Shown here piece after piece: positions 49,294-61,884 of a stretch of DNA of 64,000 nt. Made by a program: the position numbers and the translations under genes. The DNA is from Fistulifera solaris. Its lineage: Eukaryota. Under the pieces are notes generated by a model that saw only the letters and a program-made list of their open reading frames with translations, was not told the origin of the DNA and searched no databases. The DNA lies in contig AP026164.1 of assembly GCA_030295235.1 (NCBI GenBank), forward strand, positions 1,860,001-1,924,000, given 5' to 3'. Within the stretch, counting starts at the first letter, position 1; the number at the start of each line of letters is the position of its first letter.

Positions 49294-50411
49294 TCAATCA
49301 AAATAGTGTTTGATGAGCTTCCACATTTTAGGCTTCATCAGAGCTTTCGTCATTTTTCTAGCCGCTTTGATATGCTTCTCTGTAAAAATGTCCCGGTACG
49401 TTTTTCCCGGCAAAAGGGCAAGGCGTCGTTCCGTCGGGATTCTTGCAAAACTCCAGCACACCGTCCACGGCGGCCTCGTGTTGAGTGGAATAGTGATCGT
49501 AGTACAAATAATGCACCGGCAGTTCGAGTTTATTTTGAGCTTTGTAGGCCATATTGTGCCATTGAATGTATTTGTACCATTCTCCATGACACGGCACGTT
49601 CTTGTATTCCTGTAGAATAGGATAGCTCTTTTCCGATTCGGCGTACTTGTCGTCCAAAAATTTGCACCAGGACTGCAACCCCTCGATGGAAGTATCATAA
49701 TGACTGTGACTATCGTGGCGATCGTTGTGTTTGTTGTAAAGATGCATGCGTCCCACTAAATTATCGAACGGATTGCGAATCAAATGAACCGCTCGCTTGG
49801 GTATGGATGAATCGTACGTGACAATTTCCGAGCCACCGTCCACGTGCTTTTTTCCCGTCAAACAACCCTGCAAAAAATCCTCCTCCGATGCATAATAGTA
49901 CGCACCCGGTCCACAATCCATGCAGTAGCCTCCACAATGCGTCTTGGTCAAAATGTACTTTTCGGGTGCAGGCGTGTTTGGACTCCTTAGGAAAGGACCG
50001 TCCAGCCAATCGTCATAAACGGGAATACAGGGGTCATAGTCTTCTCCGTAGTTCGAGGCTGTGGTGCGTCCTGTGACTGTTTCGATGTTGGTGATGGTAT
50101 AGGACGTTCCCTGTGTATCGATAGAAATGTGAGAGCCAGAGCAGCGAAATTTCCTTTGGTATATTAATAAAGATACGCACCGCTCCCCCAAACGACATAA
50201 GCCAGGCCACTTCAAGTTGATGGTTCTTTTTCTTTTCCGGTTTGCTAGCAGGATCAATGTCATGTTGTTGCTGAACGCTATCCGTTTCGGCAGTCGACAA
50301 TAGATAGGAATCACCGATCCCCCACACGAAAAGAAAGGCGAGTACGATCCCAATAAGAATAATTACCGGAGTAAATCGATGTCGTGATTTGGCTTTCGTC
50401 ATAATGGGCAT
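49294..50411 (-). CDS. Type II membrane sulfotransferase-like protein
   Basis: N-terminal TM segment, 'AWLMSFGGA|GTSYT..T...TASNYG', 'TKTHCGG' and 'AVHLIRNPFDN'. Intron ~50113-50180; frameshift ~49430. Confidence 0.65.
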
Positions 50412-50886
50412 TTTGTTATCAACAGCTAAGAATGATTGTAAAAGCCAGCTTCCTGGAGAAGAAAGTTGCAAAATGGAGCGTTGGTTTTTTCTCTGCAAAT
50501 GGGGTTTTGTCGTGGAGGACGAAAAAAAAACAAGCCGGTGTGAACGTTGGAAGAATATCATGAAACGTGCTCTGAATTATTTCTATGGAACCGCTTTTGA
50601 TGATTACCAGTACGATGTTTCGAGGCAGAACAAACGAAACTAGAACGGTCCGCGAGTTGTTTGAAACTTGGTTTGAAATTCATCCACGATAAACGATAAA
50701 CCAAACCCGCAAGAGACAGCAACCAACAAAACATCATCACCTAAACATCCCAACAACACCATCGCGAAAGCAAAAAAAGTTTGAAAGAGAACATGATGAA
50801 GGCCAGAATATCGAAAGCAATCACCAACGAGAGCAGCACGACAATCTTTACAAATATACAGTACATTTTGTATTTGAAATTACAAG

Positions 50887-51550
50887 ATGGCAAACCAGAT
50901 ACCTACATTCCCCGATGAGGATGTGACGGTCATGGCTGCTACAACTGACTCTACAACCGGAGGTGATGACTCGCTGATGAGTCTAGACCCTCCAGCTTAT
51001 ATTTCTCCGGACCAGCAAGATCTGATGTTGATTGACATAACGAGCACAATTTTGCATTCCAAAGAATGTGCAGTTTCAATTGGACGGGGCAATGAGTACT
51101 TGAGTGAAGCAAAGTTGTTTCCGCTGGAGTGGCCGGCAACGGGGGTTGTCTATGGCTATAACAAACGCCTAATGATCAGTTTACCTTGTCGCCGTCGAGG
51201 ACCAAACAACAAAGTTTTGAATGTTTTTCTTTTTGGTTGACACCGGTTCGCCGATGTCCTATTTGTGCCTCGAGGCCGTGATGGCTCTTATTGGCGACTC
51301 CACTCGTAACGTGCCGGCGCAACTATTTGTGGCTGTACAAAACGAATCATTCTGCATGCCGTTTTATATGTCGCCATTAGGAACCAAAGAAGTGCCAGGG
51401 CATTTCCACGATGCAAATGTGCTTGGTATGGACTTTCTACAGCGTGCCGGCTTGTGTATGACAGTGCACACTCCAATCGATCTCTTTCGGCTTTTCAAGA
51501 GCGACGACCGAAGTATGTTTCAAGATTATTCAGCCGAGGATTTAGAGTAG
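50887..51550 (+). CDS. Single-domain retropepsin-like (clan AA) aspartic protease
   Basis: 'NVFFLVDTGSPMSYL' and 'NVLGMDFL'. ORFs 50887-51240 and 51221-51550 join by a frameshift at a T-run (~51225). Confidence 0.7.
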
Positions 51551-52214
51551 ATGGAAGCTAGCGCTCATTTATGGATGTATCCAAATGTACGTTCTCAAAG
51601 TTCGGTCTTTCTAAAGCTTTGAAACAGTAGCTTCAGACGCTTGGCATTGTCTGCATTGCGTTTGGTGGAGCTGTCTTACCAGCAAGGCGAAGTGCCGCGT
51701 AAACAACTAGGTTTGTTTTTGTCTATTCATTCGTTCAGTCATGCGAGCAATGTAGCGACCCTTCAATTAATCGGGCTAGACCCGATAGTTCTCTTATCAA
51801 ATACATGGATTCTTGAATCATGCAGGACGGCACGATTTTAATAAGGACTAGCGGAAGAAACATCAGTCGAACCATCTTTCGTCCGAGCTGAGCATACCGA
51901 TTATATCTTAGCTTCGAGCTTCGGAATGTAAGCCAAGCCACGACTTTCTGCTCCAGTTCACTGCCTCCCAACAAAACAAAAACTGACTTCGAACCTAACT
52001 TCGAACTTCGAACCTAACGTTGGGAATCTCGACGGTACCTTTTCAAAACGGTCCCCGCGATGGGTCGTCCGTCGTCCGCATCAACGGGAAGCGCATCATC
52101 ATCGCGCACACATCACATCATGCGCATCATGAGAAAAGATCGCAGAGCTCTCGCTTGTTTTTTTCGACATCGAGAAAAGGTCGCACAAAACAAAAACGAT
52201 AACGACAACGAATC

Positions 52215-53473
52215 ATGAGGATTCAGCGAACGCTTCTCACTTGTATTTTTACATCGTCCTCATCAATTGCTCAAGCCTTTCAGAACCCTTTTGTTGCTCC
52301 AGCGTTAAGAAAATTTGCATCCTTTCAATCGTTAAATATGTCGTCCGAGTCATCCTTTTCGACATCCTCCAATCCGGATGTAATCCCCGGTCGACCCACG
52401 TGGCATCAGACCATGTTACGCATCAAAGACCCCCAAAAGAGTTTGGAGTTCTATACCAAGCACTTGGGTTTCACCCACATCGATACATTTGATTTCCCAC
52501 AGTGGAAGTTTTCACTCTACTTTCTGACCTCCATACCCAAAGGTGCGCCGTACAACCTGCAAGCGGGGACCCAAGCGGCCCACGACTGTTTGTGGAACAT
52601 GGCCGGTACCACCTTGGAGCTTACACACAATTATGGTACCGAAACTGATGAGAGTCAAAAGTATCATGTCGGTAATGAAGAAAAAGACGGTACGTTCTAG
52701 GCAGCTAGGCACGGGAAATCGGCTTGCATACCTGGTACTGACCGAAAAGCATTTCTTCTTGTTGGGCGCAGGTTTTGGGCACATTGCCGTGAATGTCGAT
52801 GATGTATACCAGTTCTGTGAAAAGTTGGAACGCGCTGGCTGTCAATTCAAGAAAAAGCCGGATGAAGGGCGCATGAAAGGGCTGGCTTTTGTTTATGATC
52901 CGGATGGGTATTGGGTGGAAATTGTGAAGCGCGGAGATGATCATGAAATCGAAGAAGAAACCAATTTTTCGCAAACCATGTTACGTGTCAAAGATCCCAA
53001 GAAGAGTCTGGACTTTTATCAAAAGCTGGGAATGAAGTTATTGGAGGTCAAGCACTTTGATGACTTTTCCTTGTACTTCTTGGGATCATCTGTGGTGAAT
53101 ACCAACATTGGCTACAAGAATCAATTTCAGCCCGTTCTAGAGCTAACGCACAATCACGGTACCGAAAATGATGAATCTTTCAAGTATTACAATGGAAATG
53201 AAGCAGGACGGCAAGGATTTGGGCACATCGGTAAGTTCGACTGCTTTCGTTAATACGTTGCGAACGAAACCTTACGTGTAAATTTGTGCAGGTTTCCTGG
53301 TCGACGATGTTTATCAAGCGTGTGATGCCATCCGACCGTGGGGCTACGGGTTTCGCAAGGATGTCGATGATGGGAACATGAAAGGATTAGCATTTGCGTA
53401 CGATCCGGACGGCTATTCGGTGGAAATCATTAAGCGTGGTGGAATTGATTTCGGTGATCAGCGCAAAGAGTAA
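52215..53473 (+). CDS. GLO1: Glyoxalase I (lactoylglutathione lyase), two-domain form, probably plastid-targeted
   Basis: QTMLR.KDP, LELTHN.GTE, GFGHI and DPDGY.VEI each occur twice. Introns 52690-52771 and ~53231-53292. Signal 'AQA-F'. Confidence 0.93.
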
Positions 53474-53556
53474 TACTCTGTATACGTTTCGGTATTTTAA
53501 AGAAGTTTTATCATCATAACTATTAGCCTAAGCTCCCTAGAACTCTTCTACGCCCG

Positions 53557-54794
53557 TCACAGACGACTTTGCGGGATTTGAACAAGTCCCATGGAGTGTA
53601 GAGTGCTAATCAGCAACTTCACCAGCCACCGAACCTGCTCGTCAGAATTGTGGGCGTGGATGATTATTCGAATGCGCTCGGTCCCGGCAGGCACAGTAGG
53701 GGATTTGATTGGAAACAAACAAATACGCTTCTCCGAAGCAATCGATAAACGCTCGCAAAATTCTGTGCAAATTCGATTGCCCGGTATCACAAGGGCTTGA
53801 ATCGGCGAATTGCTGTCCGTGAGGTAAATGGCCTTGTTTTTGGCAAGGCTGCATCCATCAGATCTCGAAAACGCTTCACTCGTTGAAACAACATCTCGCG
53901 CAGGTATTCTCCCTTTTCTCCCGTCATCGTCTTGTAAGCACAGCGTATGGTAGCTAACGAATGCAACGGCAGTGCGGTGGAGTAAATGAATGGATAGCCA
54001 AAGTTTATCAAATAGTCTTTGTGTAAGCTGGATGGAAAGCACACGACTGCTCCATGACAACCGGCTGCTTTTCCAAAAGTGTATATAGATGCTAGTAGCG
54101 CAGGATGTCGCTGCAATTGTAGCTCGCCCACTACGCCCGATCCCTTTCCGTAGATTCCGAGCCCGTGTGCTTCATCGACAACGACTTTGGCGTCGTGAGT
54201 ACCCGCCAACTGCAGCAATTCCCGGAGCGGTGCCATGTCGCCGTCCATACTGTAAATTGATTCGACTAAGATCACGACTCGCACTTTCGGGTCAAGTCGA
54301 CGGAGTATTTGATCCAGATGATGAACGTCGTTGTGATGGAAGGGAAGCGACATCCTATCGGAGTGGACGCTTTGCCACAAACGTATCCCCATATGCAAAC
54401 TATTATGCGCGTACTCATCGTATACAATGCAATCACAAGGAAGACAAGATACAACGGATAGGTTGGCATCGTAACCTGAGTTGAATAAAAGAGCAGCTTC
54501 TCTCTGATGAATTTTGGCCAAGTCAGCTTCGATTTGGTGAAAGTAAACATGATCGCCCGATAGGAGCCGCGAACCAGTTGCCCCAAGTCTCTGTATTTGC
54601 TGAACTCTTTCGTATTCTCGCAAAACCAAAGCCTGCTGATCTAAATTCTGCGCCAGACCAAGATAATCGTTGCTGGAAAAGTCGATGACGTTGTCGGACG
54701 ACGCCGCGGTAATGTTGGTGAATTGCAGCTTGCGAATGGTTCCCTTTCTTCGCCTTTTTTCGAGGGCTTCTTGCATGCGCTGTTCTGGCCACAT
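53557..54794 (-). CDS. bioF: 8-amino-7-oxononanoate synthase (BioF)
   Basis: DFSSNDYLGL, GATGSRLLSG, FNSGYDAN, HNS, ESIYSMDGD, DEAHGLG, TFGKA, FIYSTA and PTVPAGTERIRI. Frameshift ~53835. Confidence 0.92.
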
Positions 54795-55243
54795 GGTTCT
54801 TGTTTATGTTAATTTTTGTTTCCTGTTCAGACAACCGCTTTCATTGTTATTATGAATCTGCAATGAGGCGGTTGTTTCATGCGATGAACGTTCTCGTGAC
54901 GCGTTCTTCGTGACTGACGGGCTTACGACTGAAGACTGAATGGTTCGTGTGACACTGCTCGTAAAAACTGTGACCTTAACTTTACTTTTTTTGGAGACTG
55001 GGCGTTTGTCCTGCTGTCTCTCGTACACTGGAAGTCATACTCTATTACTGAATGTTGCATAAACAGGAGACACAACGCATATCGTTCGTTTTCCGTTTCC
55101 GCAACGCACCTCCGTGGTAGACCGACGAAAGGAAAAGGCCTCATCGGCCGAGCCCCTGTTATGCCTTATGCTGAAGAGCGGATCCGTTGTTGTAAATCTT
55201 GTCAGTGCATGAGTGCTGATTGAGAGAGAGACCCGATTGTAGA

Positions 55244-57383
55244 ATGGAAGAGTTGCAGGACGCCATAGAAGACGCGCAATACGTGAACGAAATTGCGCAG
55301 CAAGACGATGGACCCCGACCGGTTTTGCCATGGAAGAAACCGACCGAAGAAGAGCTAGAAATATGGAAGCAATTAAAGAAGAAAGAAAGTAAAGATGCCT
55401 TCACTACGGAGTGGACCATGCAGGAAGAAATAGGATTATTTCTGTTCAGTTCGTACTTGAAAGAAACACATGATGACTATGCGCGCATCAATTTTTGTGA
55501 AGAAGTGTATCGCTTTCGAAAGTATGGAGTACAGGGAAGGAGCGGGCTGAAGCGAGCGAAAAGTATAATTAAACAATTTTTGGTGGCACTGGAGAGAGAT
55601 CCTGTTACCGACGAGGTTGTAATGCCGCGAAGATCTTTAGTATTTGAGCACGATTTGAAGAGACCGACTAGCATCGGTATTCCCGAAGATCAGAGGCAAA
55701 AGCTTTATGCAGAGAACATGGATTTTCCCGCTTGTAGCGAATGTGCTGTTGGACTGAAAGGGGTGATTCGGAGAGAAATTGTAGAAAAAGTGCAGAATAT
55801 AGAGGACCTGTATCGGTCGTCGAAAAACAAATCGTCCTTGCAAGAATCTGCTACCGCTATCAGTCCCATTCATGATTCAAAAAAACTTCTGAATGCAAAT
55901 ATTACATCGACGAGAAATATAGGCTTTGATGATGGGACAGATATAACGGAAACGAGCACGGGAAATGGTTTGCATCGTGATTTATTTGACAACGGAGAGA
56001 GCTTGGTCATGGAAAGTTTGAAGTGTGATTACTGGCGTTCCTTTCTTGAATCTCCAAAGTACAAAAGGCTACTTGGTTTCTTGTGGTTTCGAGATCGTCC
56101 CGTTGAACCTGATGACTTCTTTGAAATGCGGAGGTTGGGTAGAGGCGGTTTCGGTCTGGTAACAGGTAAGATAGGTTCTACAAATTCGGAAGATCAGCTT
56201 TCGTTTCCGACATGCTCTGACATTGATTTTTGCAGCTTGCAAGAAGGGAACTTCTGGGAAATTATATGCGATGAAGGTAATGAACAAAAGGAGAATAAAA
56301 ATGAAAAAATCAGAACAGCTTGCAATCAATGAAAGACACGCTTTAGCTTCGGTTGAGAGCAAGTTCGTGGTCAATTTGAAGTATTCGTTTCACTCGAAGG
56401 ATGATGTATTCTTGATTCTGGATCTTATGACGGGTGGCGATCTCGGATTTCATCTCCATCAGAAAGGAAGGTTCCCGAAAAGAGAAGTCTTGTATTATTC
56501 AGCAAGAATAATGCTAGCGTTGCAGGCGTTGCATGATAAGCAATACGTATACAGAGACCTGAAGCCAGGTAAGTTTGAAAAGTAAATTGTATTTGAGCAA
56601 GTACTTACCCATCATATTCTTATCGTAATAATTCACTATTCTCTTGCTTGCTATCGCAGAAAATTGTCTACTCGCCGAAGATGGCCGCGTGAAAATTACA
56701 GATCTTGGTCTTGCGACTAAAATAACTCCCAAATTGCATGGTGCCGCTGGTACGCGAGGCTATTGGGCCCCGGAGATGTTGCGCCGCGATTCCCGAGGGA
56801 AAAGAATGAATTACACTCACACGGTTGATTGGTTTAGTTTCGGATGCTGTCTTGCTGAGTTTATTTCGGGGTCGAATCCCTTTCGATCCGAGGTTGCTCT
56901 CAACTACGGGCTAGAAAAGGGGCAACAGACTAAAGAAAAAGCGATTGATTTTGCCATCATGGAAATGGATCCAGAGTTTCCACCGGAAAAGTTTGAGCCT
57001 GATGCCGCTGATCTCTGTCAGCAGCTTCTGAGGAAGGACGAAAAGAAGAGATTGGGCTACAATGGATGCAGTGAAATCATGTCCCATCCTTACTTTAAAA
57101 ATATCAACTGGGAAGCCATTATATCGGATAAAGAGATCCCACCTTTTATTCCTGCAAAAGACGTGAATGCTGCGACACAGTCAGAGATTGGTAACTTTGT
57201 CGAGGATAAAAGTACCAAGAAACAATCCTTACAGAGGAGGATGAGGAACACTACAAGGATTGGGATTGGACAAATCCGCGTGCATTTGCAGCAGAAGTCA
57301 TCGAATTTCTGATTTACGAAAGAACAACTGGTGAGCCGCTTCTACCTCCTAAACACGAGGCCTGTTGCTGTGGAATTATGTGA
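55244..57383 (+). CDS. GRK: G-protein-coupled receptor kinase (RGS-homology + AGC kinase)
   Basis: N-helix MEELQDAIEDAQYV, RH 'IGLFLFSSYL..INFCEEV', LGRGGFG, YAMK..KRRIKMK, MTGGDLGFH, YRDLKP|ENCLL, TDLGLA, GTRGYWAPE, DWFSFGC and PPFIP. Introns 56166-56235 and 56569-56659; frameshift ~57210; ends CCGIM*. Confidence 0.9.
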
Positions 57384-57446
57384 AGCGCGCGCTACTTTAT
57401 CTATTCCCTCTAAGTTCGTACTATCAGATTATTCTATGGCAAAGGG

Positions 57447-59750
57447 CTAGAGCCTTTGTTTTGTTAGTTTCGCCATCGCATTTGTTACATCGCTGATGCT
57501 CAAAAATGTACACGTACTGCCAATCGGATTGTAACATCGTGGAGCTGCTACAATGCTCCATTCATGGATCAATTTATCAGCGTGCAGTTTGGCCGCCATA
57601 CTTGCGAGCGGTCCTGATCCAGGTCCTTCTTTGCAAACATCAGCGAACAAAACGTATTCATATTGTGGGAGTATAGATGCGAGTCCTTTTGGGGTAGAGC
57701 TCAGGTAGGGGCAATCAATTATATCAATTTCTTGCTCACGAGAAAAGATTCCTTTGTCAACCAGTTCTCTACGACTTTGTAGAGCAGTTACTACCCCGTT
57801 ACCATATGTAACAATGGAGCTGCTTCCGGCTTCACCGTAACGACGAATTAGATCGAAGGTCATCATAGGATCAGAATCGCCAGGACCGGGGTAGTGACAT
57901 TCCCACTTCTGATCTTTTCCATGAAGATGGCGCAAATTCAAGAGATGCGTGCTATCAACAAAAACAACAATTCTGCCTGCTCGGGCCTGTAAAACTGCAT
58001 TTCGAAAACCTTTTACGTAATCGATTCCATTACTGAAGCAGACCATGTCAACACCAGGAGGAGAATGGGGTAACATGTTAGTGGTGTGAAAATTTCCCCC
58101 GAAGACTCCGCGATCAAAACCCTGAAGACGTATTATCATCCCATTTGGACACTTGCCGTTCGTCAACCAATTCGATATTGCGATTTCGTAGAACATATCT
58201 GCCCCACAGTCCAAGTACTTAGCGTAAGGGATTTCGACAATCGGTGTCAGCCCCACTTGCGCGAATCCCATCGCTGCGCCTAAGAGTGATGTCTCATCTG
58301 GGGGAAAGTCGAGAATGCGAGTAGGAAAGGATTCTTTTAGTCCGTCTGTGATCAGGTAGTAGCCACCATGGCGAACGTCTTCGCCGAGATAGACAATAGT
58401 GTCATCATTTGACATGACCTCCGCTATAACACGTGTAATATGCTTGCGCATAACATCTTTCTTTTCTCGCCTCTGCGTCTCTGGTGCTGTGTTGCTGCTG
58501 TGTACATAATGAACGGGTTTTACCTCATGTGCACTGTTTCTTTGCAGCATATCCTCCCTGGTCACCTTTTCTTCCTTTGAAGCAGTTTCGAAGCATTCCA
58601 GTGTACGACTTTGTATCCATTTGAGCCTGTCGTTCACCTCATTGTATGACATCACAGAATATACTTCAACGACTTGCTGTATTGTGCTTTCTAAAATTGG
58701 GTTGTCTGCCATCACGACAATGTCGTCGGCATCCAGATATGCGGACTGGCGGTCGGTTGCAGCATGACCGAATCGCCGAATGAGATTTGTGTAAATAAGT
58801 ACAACTGGACATGCTTTTGACCTCGATTGGGAAATAGCGTCCTTCGTTTGACTATAGACATCCATTATGTCGTTACCGTTCGCACAATACCGCGGTATCA
58901 GGTTATCATTTGCAAACAGTGTATCGACATATCCCGCTGTTTTGTAAGAAATCGACAAACCATTGTCCGAGATACCAAAGACAACAGGACACTTGACTCG
59001 TTTATGTCTTGCATGGCGACTTAAATGAAAAGCGGACCAAAAGTGATGATTGTGAATTGATCCATCTCCTAATGTCACGAACGAAACTTCCCTTCCCTCA
59101 TTTCCATCTGATTCTGTTTTTCGAAGAGAATATCCTAAGGCTCGCCCGACCGCTGAAGGGCACTGGGATGCTACAGTAGATGTCACAACAAAATCCCCGG
59201 ACCCTTGACGCGAGGCTTTTGAGCCAATTGAGCAGTGAACTCCTCCTGTAACAGGATCATTTTTACTCACAGTGTAACCTCGAGCTCGATCGAGCAATAT
59301 TTGCTCCAACGACACGCCTTGACACAGTTGACGGGCAATGTTGATTGCTAGGTGTCGGTAATGCAGTGCTACAGAGTCTTGATCCTCGATGACACATCCA
59401 GCCGAAGCTAGAGCTTCTTCCCCGCATGGTCCTATTGTATAAAAGCCATGACCGATCATGGACGCAATCCTTGATTCCGTGTGTAGACAAAAAGTCGCTA
59501 AGGCAGCGTCCAGAGAAATTCGAATCATTTTGTCGGACATGATGTGGGAATATCCACCGACAGGCGGAAGAGGTACATTTACTTTAAAGTCTTTTTGCTG
59601 AGTTTTGGCACAAAGAAAGTTTTGTAGGCGCTGCAATGCCCGATGCTCGGCGAGACCTTCAATGTCTTTTTGGAACGATCCCCGCTTATTTATGTAGTCA
59701 GATGTCGAGAATACGCGCCGAATTTCCGTAAAATGCAATCGATGCTTCAT
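57447..59750 (-). CDS. 2-oxoacid (branched-chain-type) dehydrogenase E1, fused alpha+beta
   Basis: Alpha part: GFYTIGPCGEE, LHYRH, GDG..DNGLSIS (TPP motif), RRFGHA. Beta part: YLGEDV..GGYY, DFPPDE, VEIPYAKY, GGNFH. Confidence 0.88.
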   Translation of the reverse strand: MKHRLHFTEIRRVFSTSDYINKRGSFQKDIEGLAEHRALQRLQNFLCAKTQQKDFKVNVPLPPVGGYSHIMSDKMIRISLDAALATFCLHTESRIASMIGHGFYTIGPCGEEALASAGCVIEDQDSVALHYRHLAINIARQLCQGVSLEQILLDRARGYTVSKNDPVTGGVHCSIGSKASRQGSGDFVVTSTVASQCPSAVGRALGYSLRKTESDGNEGREVSFVTLGDGSIHNHHFWSAFHLSRHARHKRVKCPVVFGISDNGLSISYKTAGYVDTLFANDNLIPRYCANGNDIMDVYSQTKDAISQSRSKACPVVLIYTNLIRRFGHAATDRQSAYLDADDIVVMADNPILESTIQQVVEVYSVMSYNEVNDRLKWIQSRTLECFETASKEEKVTREDMLQRNSAHEVKPVHYVHSSNTAPETQRREKKDVMRKHITRVIAEVMSNDDTIVYLGEDVRHGGYYLITDGLKESFPTRILDFPPDETSLLGAAMGFAQVGLTPIVEIPYAKYLDCGADMFYEIAISNWLTNGKCPNGMIIRLQGFDRGVFGGNFHTTNMLPHSPPGVDMVCFSNGIDYVKGFRNAVLQARAGRIVVFVDSTHLLNLRHLHGKDQKWECHYPGPGDSDPMMTFDLIRRYGEAGSSSIVTYGNGVVTALQSRRELVDKGIFSREQEIDIIDCPYLSSTPKGLASILPQYEYVLFADVCKEGPGSGPLASMAAKLHADKLIHEWSIVAAPRCYNPIGSTCTFLSISDVTNAMAKLTKQRL

Positions 59751-60112
59751 CTTCACCAGTCGATACAACTAGTGTATTTGCATTTTAAGAAACATACTTT
59801 ACAAATGTCGTTTTTGACATGATAATTGTAGAAGGAATAGAAATGAGAAATGAGTTAACAAAGAACTATTTTTCGTGACAACTTGAAGTCAAACGACGCA
59901 ACCTACAATTTCTTTGACAGTCATCACCCTCCCAAAGCAGTGGTACCGCTACGACTTCAGATTCCATAAATAGGAACCGTTTAGTACTAGTCGTTTATTC
60001 AGGTATGAAGACTAATAACTTGGCAATTATCGCCGAATCCGTCACTTTCATTATTTATCTTCATTATTTTTTGAATAAAAGGAGCAACGCGTGAAATGAT
60101 GTACAACCAGCC

Positions 60113-61711
60113 ATGAGCAGCGTTTATCCTTGTACACCGCCTCGTCCTAGACGATCGCATTTGACACCGTCGAAAACTCCTTATGTGACGCCGGCGAAAT
60201 CAGCCTCGACTAGGCTGCGCTCGGCCTCGCGTTCGTTCTCTGCTCGGAGAGATCATGCATCGCCGTTCTACTTTACTCCATCAAAAGCAAGCACCGTAGA
60301 AGACATTGGAGATCGCTTCATCCCCTCACGGCGACATATGAATATGGATCTATGTCGCCATGCTCTACGGTCTGCGAAGCGTGAACGAGAGATCGATACC
60401 TCTAATTCGTCATCGTCGCCTGCCGATCCGAAGCTTCCCTCGCAAGAAACTCCGATGCAAAAGGAATTCAAACGACAAATGGCCAGTTCAATGTACAATA
60501 TTCCTATCGAAAGATTCAACGAGAATGCTGAACCAGTCGGTCTTTTTTCATTTCGACCAGCCGAAAAGATTGCTTCGAATGGTCCTGACCCCTTCTCATT
60601 GGATGTTTTGCGCACAATGAAGCTAGGAGGATGTTCCTCCATTGATCGACCGCCTACAACAGTTGCTTCATTGAGAAAAGTGCCTACTGCTCCGACGCGT
60701 ATCCTAGATGCTCCAGATATTGTGGATGACTACTACCTGAATTTGATCAGCTGGAGTAAGGATAATATTTTGGCGGTGGCACTTGCTCGAAGTGTGTATC
60801 TATGGAATGCGACTACAGGTGAGATTCATCACTTGGTAACAGTCGAGGATGGCAATAACTATGTTACTTCCGTGTGTTGGTGTACTGTTCAGCCGCAATA
60901 TATCTCGGTGGGTTTGAACACAGGGTCGGTACAATTGTACGATGGACGAAGCTTGCAACTTGTGAGAACATTACAGGGTCACACGAGTCGGGTTTCGGCG
61001 CTAGCGTGGACGCAGCAGCAGTTGAGCTCTGGTGGCCGAGACTCGAAAATATTGCAAAGCGATGTTCGCGGGGCTCGTCCAATCGTTGCCACTTATCGGG
61101 CACATACCCAGGAAGTTTGCGGTCTGAGTTGGAACGACGACGGATCATGCCTCGCTAGTGGAGGTAATGAGAATTATTTGTGTTTGTGGGATGCAGCAGC
61201 CACGAATAGGAGTACGACAAGGAATGAAGGCAATAGCTCGGACTACCGACCACGTTTATTGCTGAAACAGCACAAGGCTGCTGTGAAAGCGCTCGCTTGG
61301 TGTCCGTTTCATCGTGGTTTGTTGGCAAGTGGTGGCGGTACGGCAGATAGAACAATAAAATTTTGGAATACCAATTCGGGGGCAATATTGAATAGCATTG
61401 ACACAGGTAGTCAAGTGTGTTCCATTATTTGGAGCAAACATCAACGAGAGCTATGTTCGTCACACGGTTACTCTGAAAATCAGTTAGTGTTGTGGAAATA
61501 CCCAAGCATGACTAAAATCAAGGAACTAACTGGTCATACGGCTCGTGTTCTGAATATGGAAATGAGTCCCGACGGGACTTCGGTTGTATCTGCTGGGGCA
61601 GATGAGACTCTGCGCTTTTGGAATGTCTTTGAAGAGATAGGACCATCCTCTTCGAGTCGGTCTAAGAATTTAGCATGCTTGGATCGTTTAGGAGGGCGAA
61701 CAATTCGGTAA
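60113..61711 (+). CDS. CDC20: APC/C co-activator Cdc20/Fizzy
   Basis: C-box DRFIPSR, 'RILDAPDIVDDYYLNL', WD40 repeats (HTQEVCGL, HKAAVKALAWCP, GGGTADRTIKFWN) and IR tail. Confidence 0.95.
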   Translation: MSSVYPCTPPRPRRSHLTPSKTPYVTPAKSASTRLRSASRSFSARRDHASPFYFTPSKASTVEDIGDRFIPSRRHMNMDLCRHALRSAKREREIDTSNSSSSPADPKLPSQETPMQKEFKRQMASSMYNIPIERFNENAEPVGLFSFRPAEKIASNGPDPFSLDVLRTMKLGGCSSIDRPPTTVASLRKVPTAPTRILDAPDIVDDYYLNLISWSKDNILAVALARSVYLWNATTGEIHHLVTVEDGNNYVTSVCWCTVQPQYISVGLNTGSVQLYDGRSLQLVRTLQGHTSRVSALAWTQQQLSSGGRDSKILQSDVRGARPIVATYRAHTQEVCGLSWNDDGSCLASGGNENYLCLWDAAATNRSTTRNEGNSSDYRPRLLLKQHKAAVKALAWCPFHRGLLASGGGTADRTIKFWNTNSGAILNSIDTGSQVCSIIWSKHQRELCSSHGYSENQLVLWKYPSMTKIKELTGHTARVLNMEMSPDGTSVVSAGADETLRFWNVFEEIGPSSSSRSKNLACLDRLGGRTIR

Positions 61712-61884
61712 TGCGAAGCAATTTATTAGAAGGCTTAAACAATTGATACAACAATCAAAGACTAAGCATCTGTTGTCCTGATAAAGTAATGCTAATGTTA
61801 TCAAAGAAAGGTTAAAAAATAAGACTATCTATTTTAAAATTGCAAGTCGGTCTTGTATGCTCGATTGATTCTAGTTTACATTTA

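Noticed and set aside
51986..52018. TTCGAACCTAAC tandem (tRNA T-loop or telomere-like)
   Set aside because: Only 2-3 short units; no cloverleaf and no canonical telomeric array.
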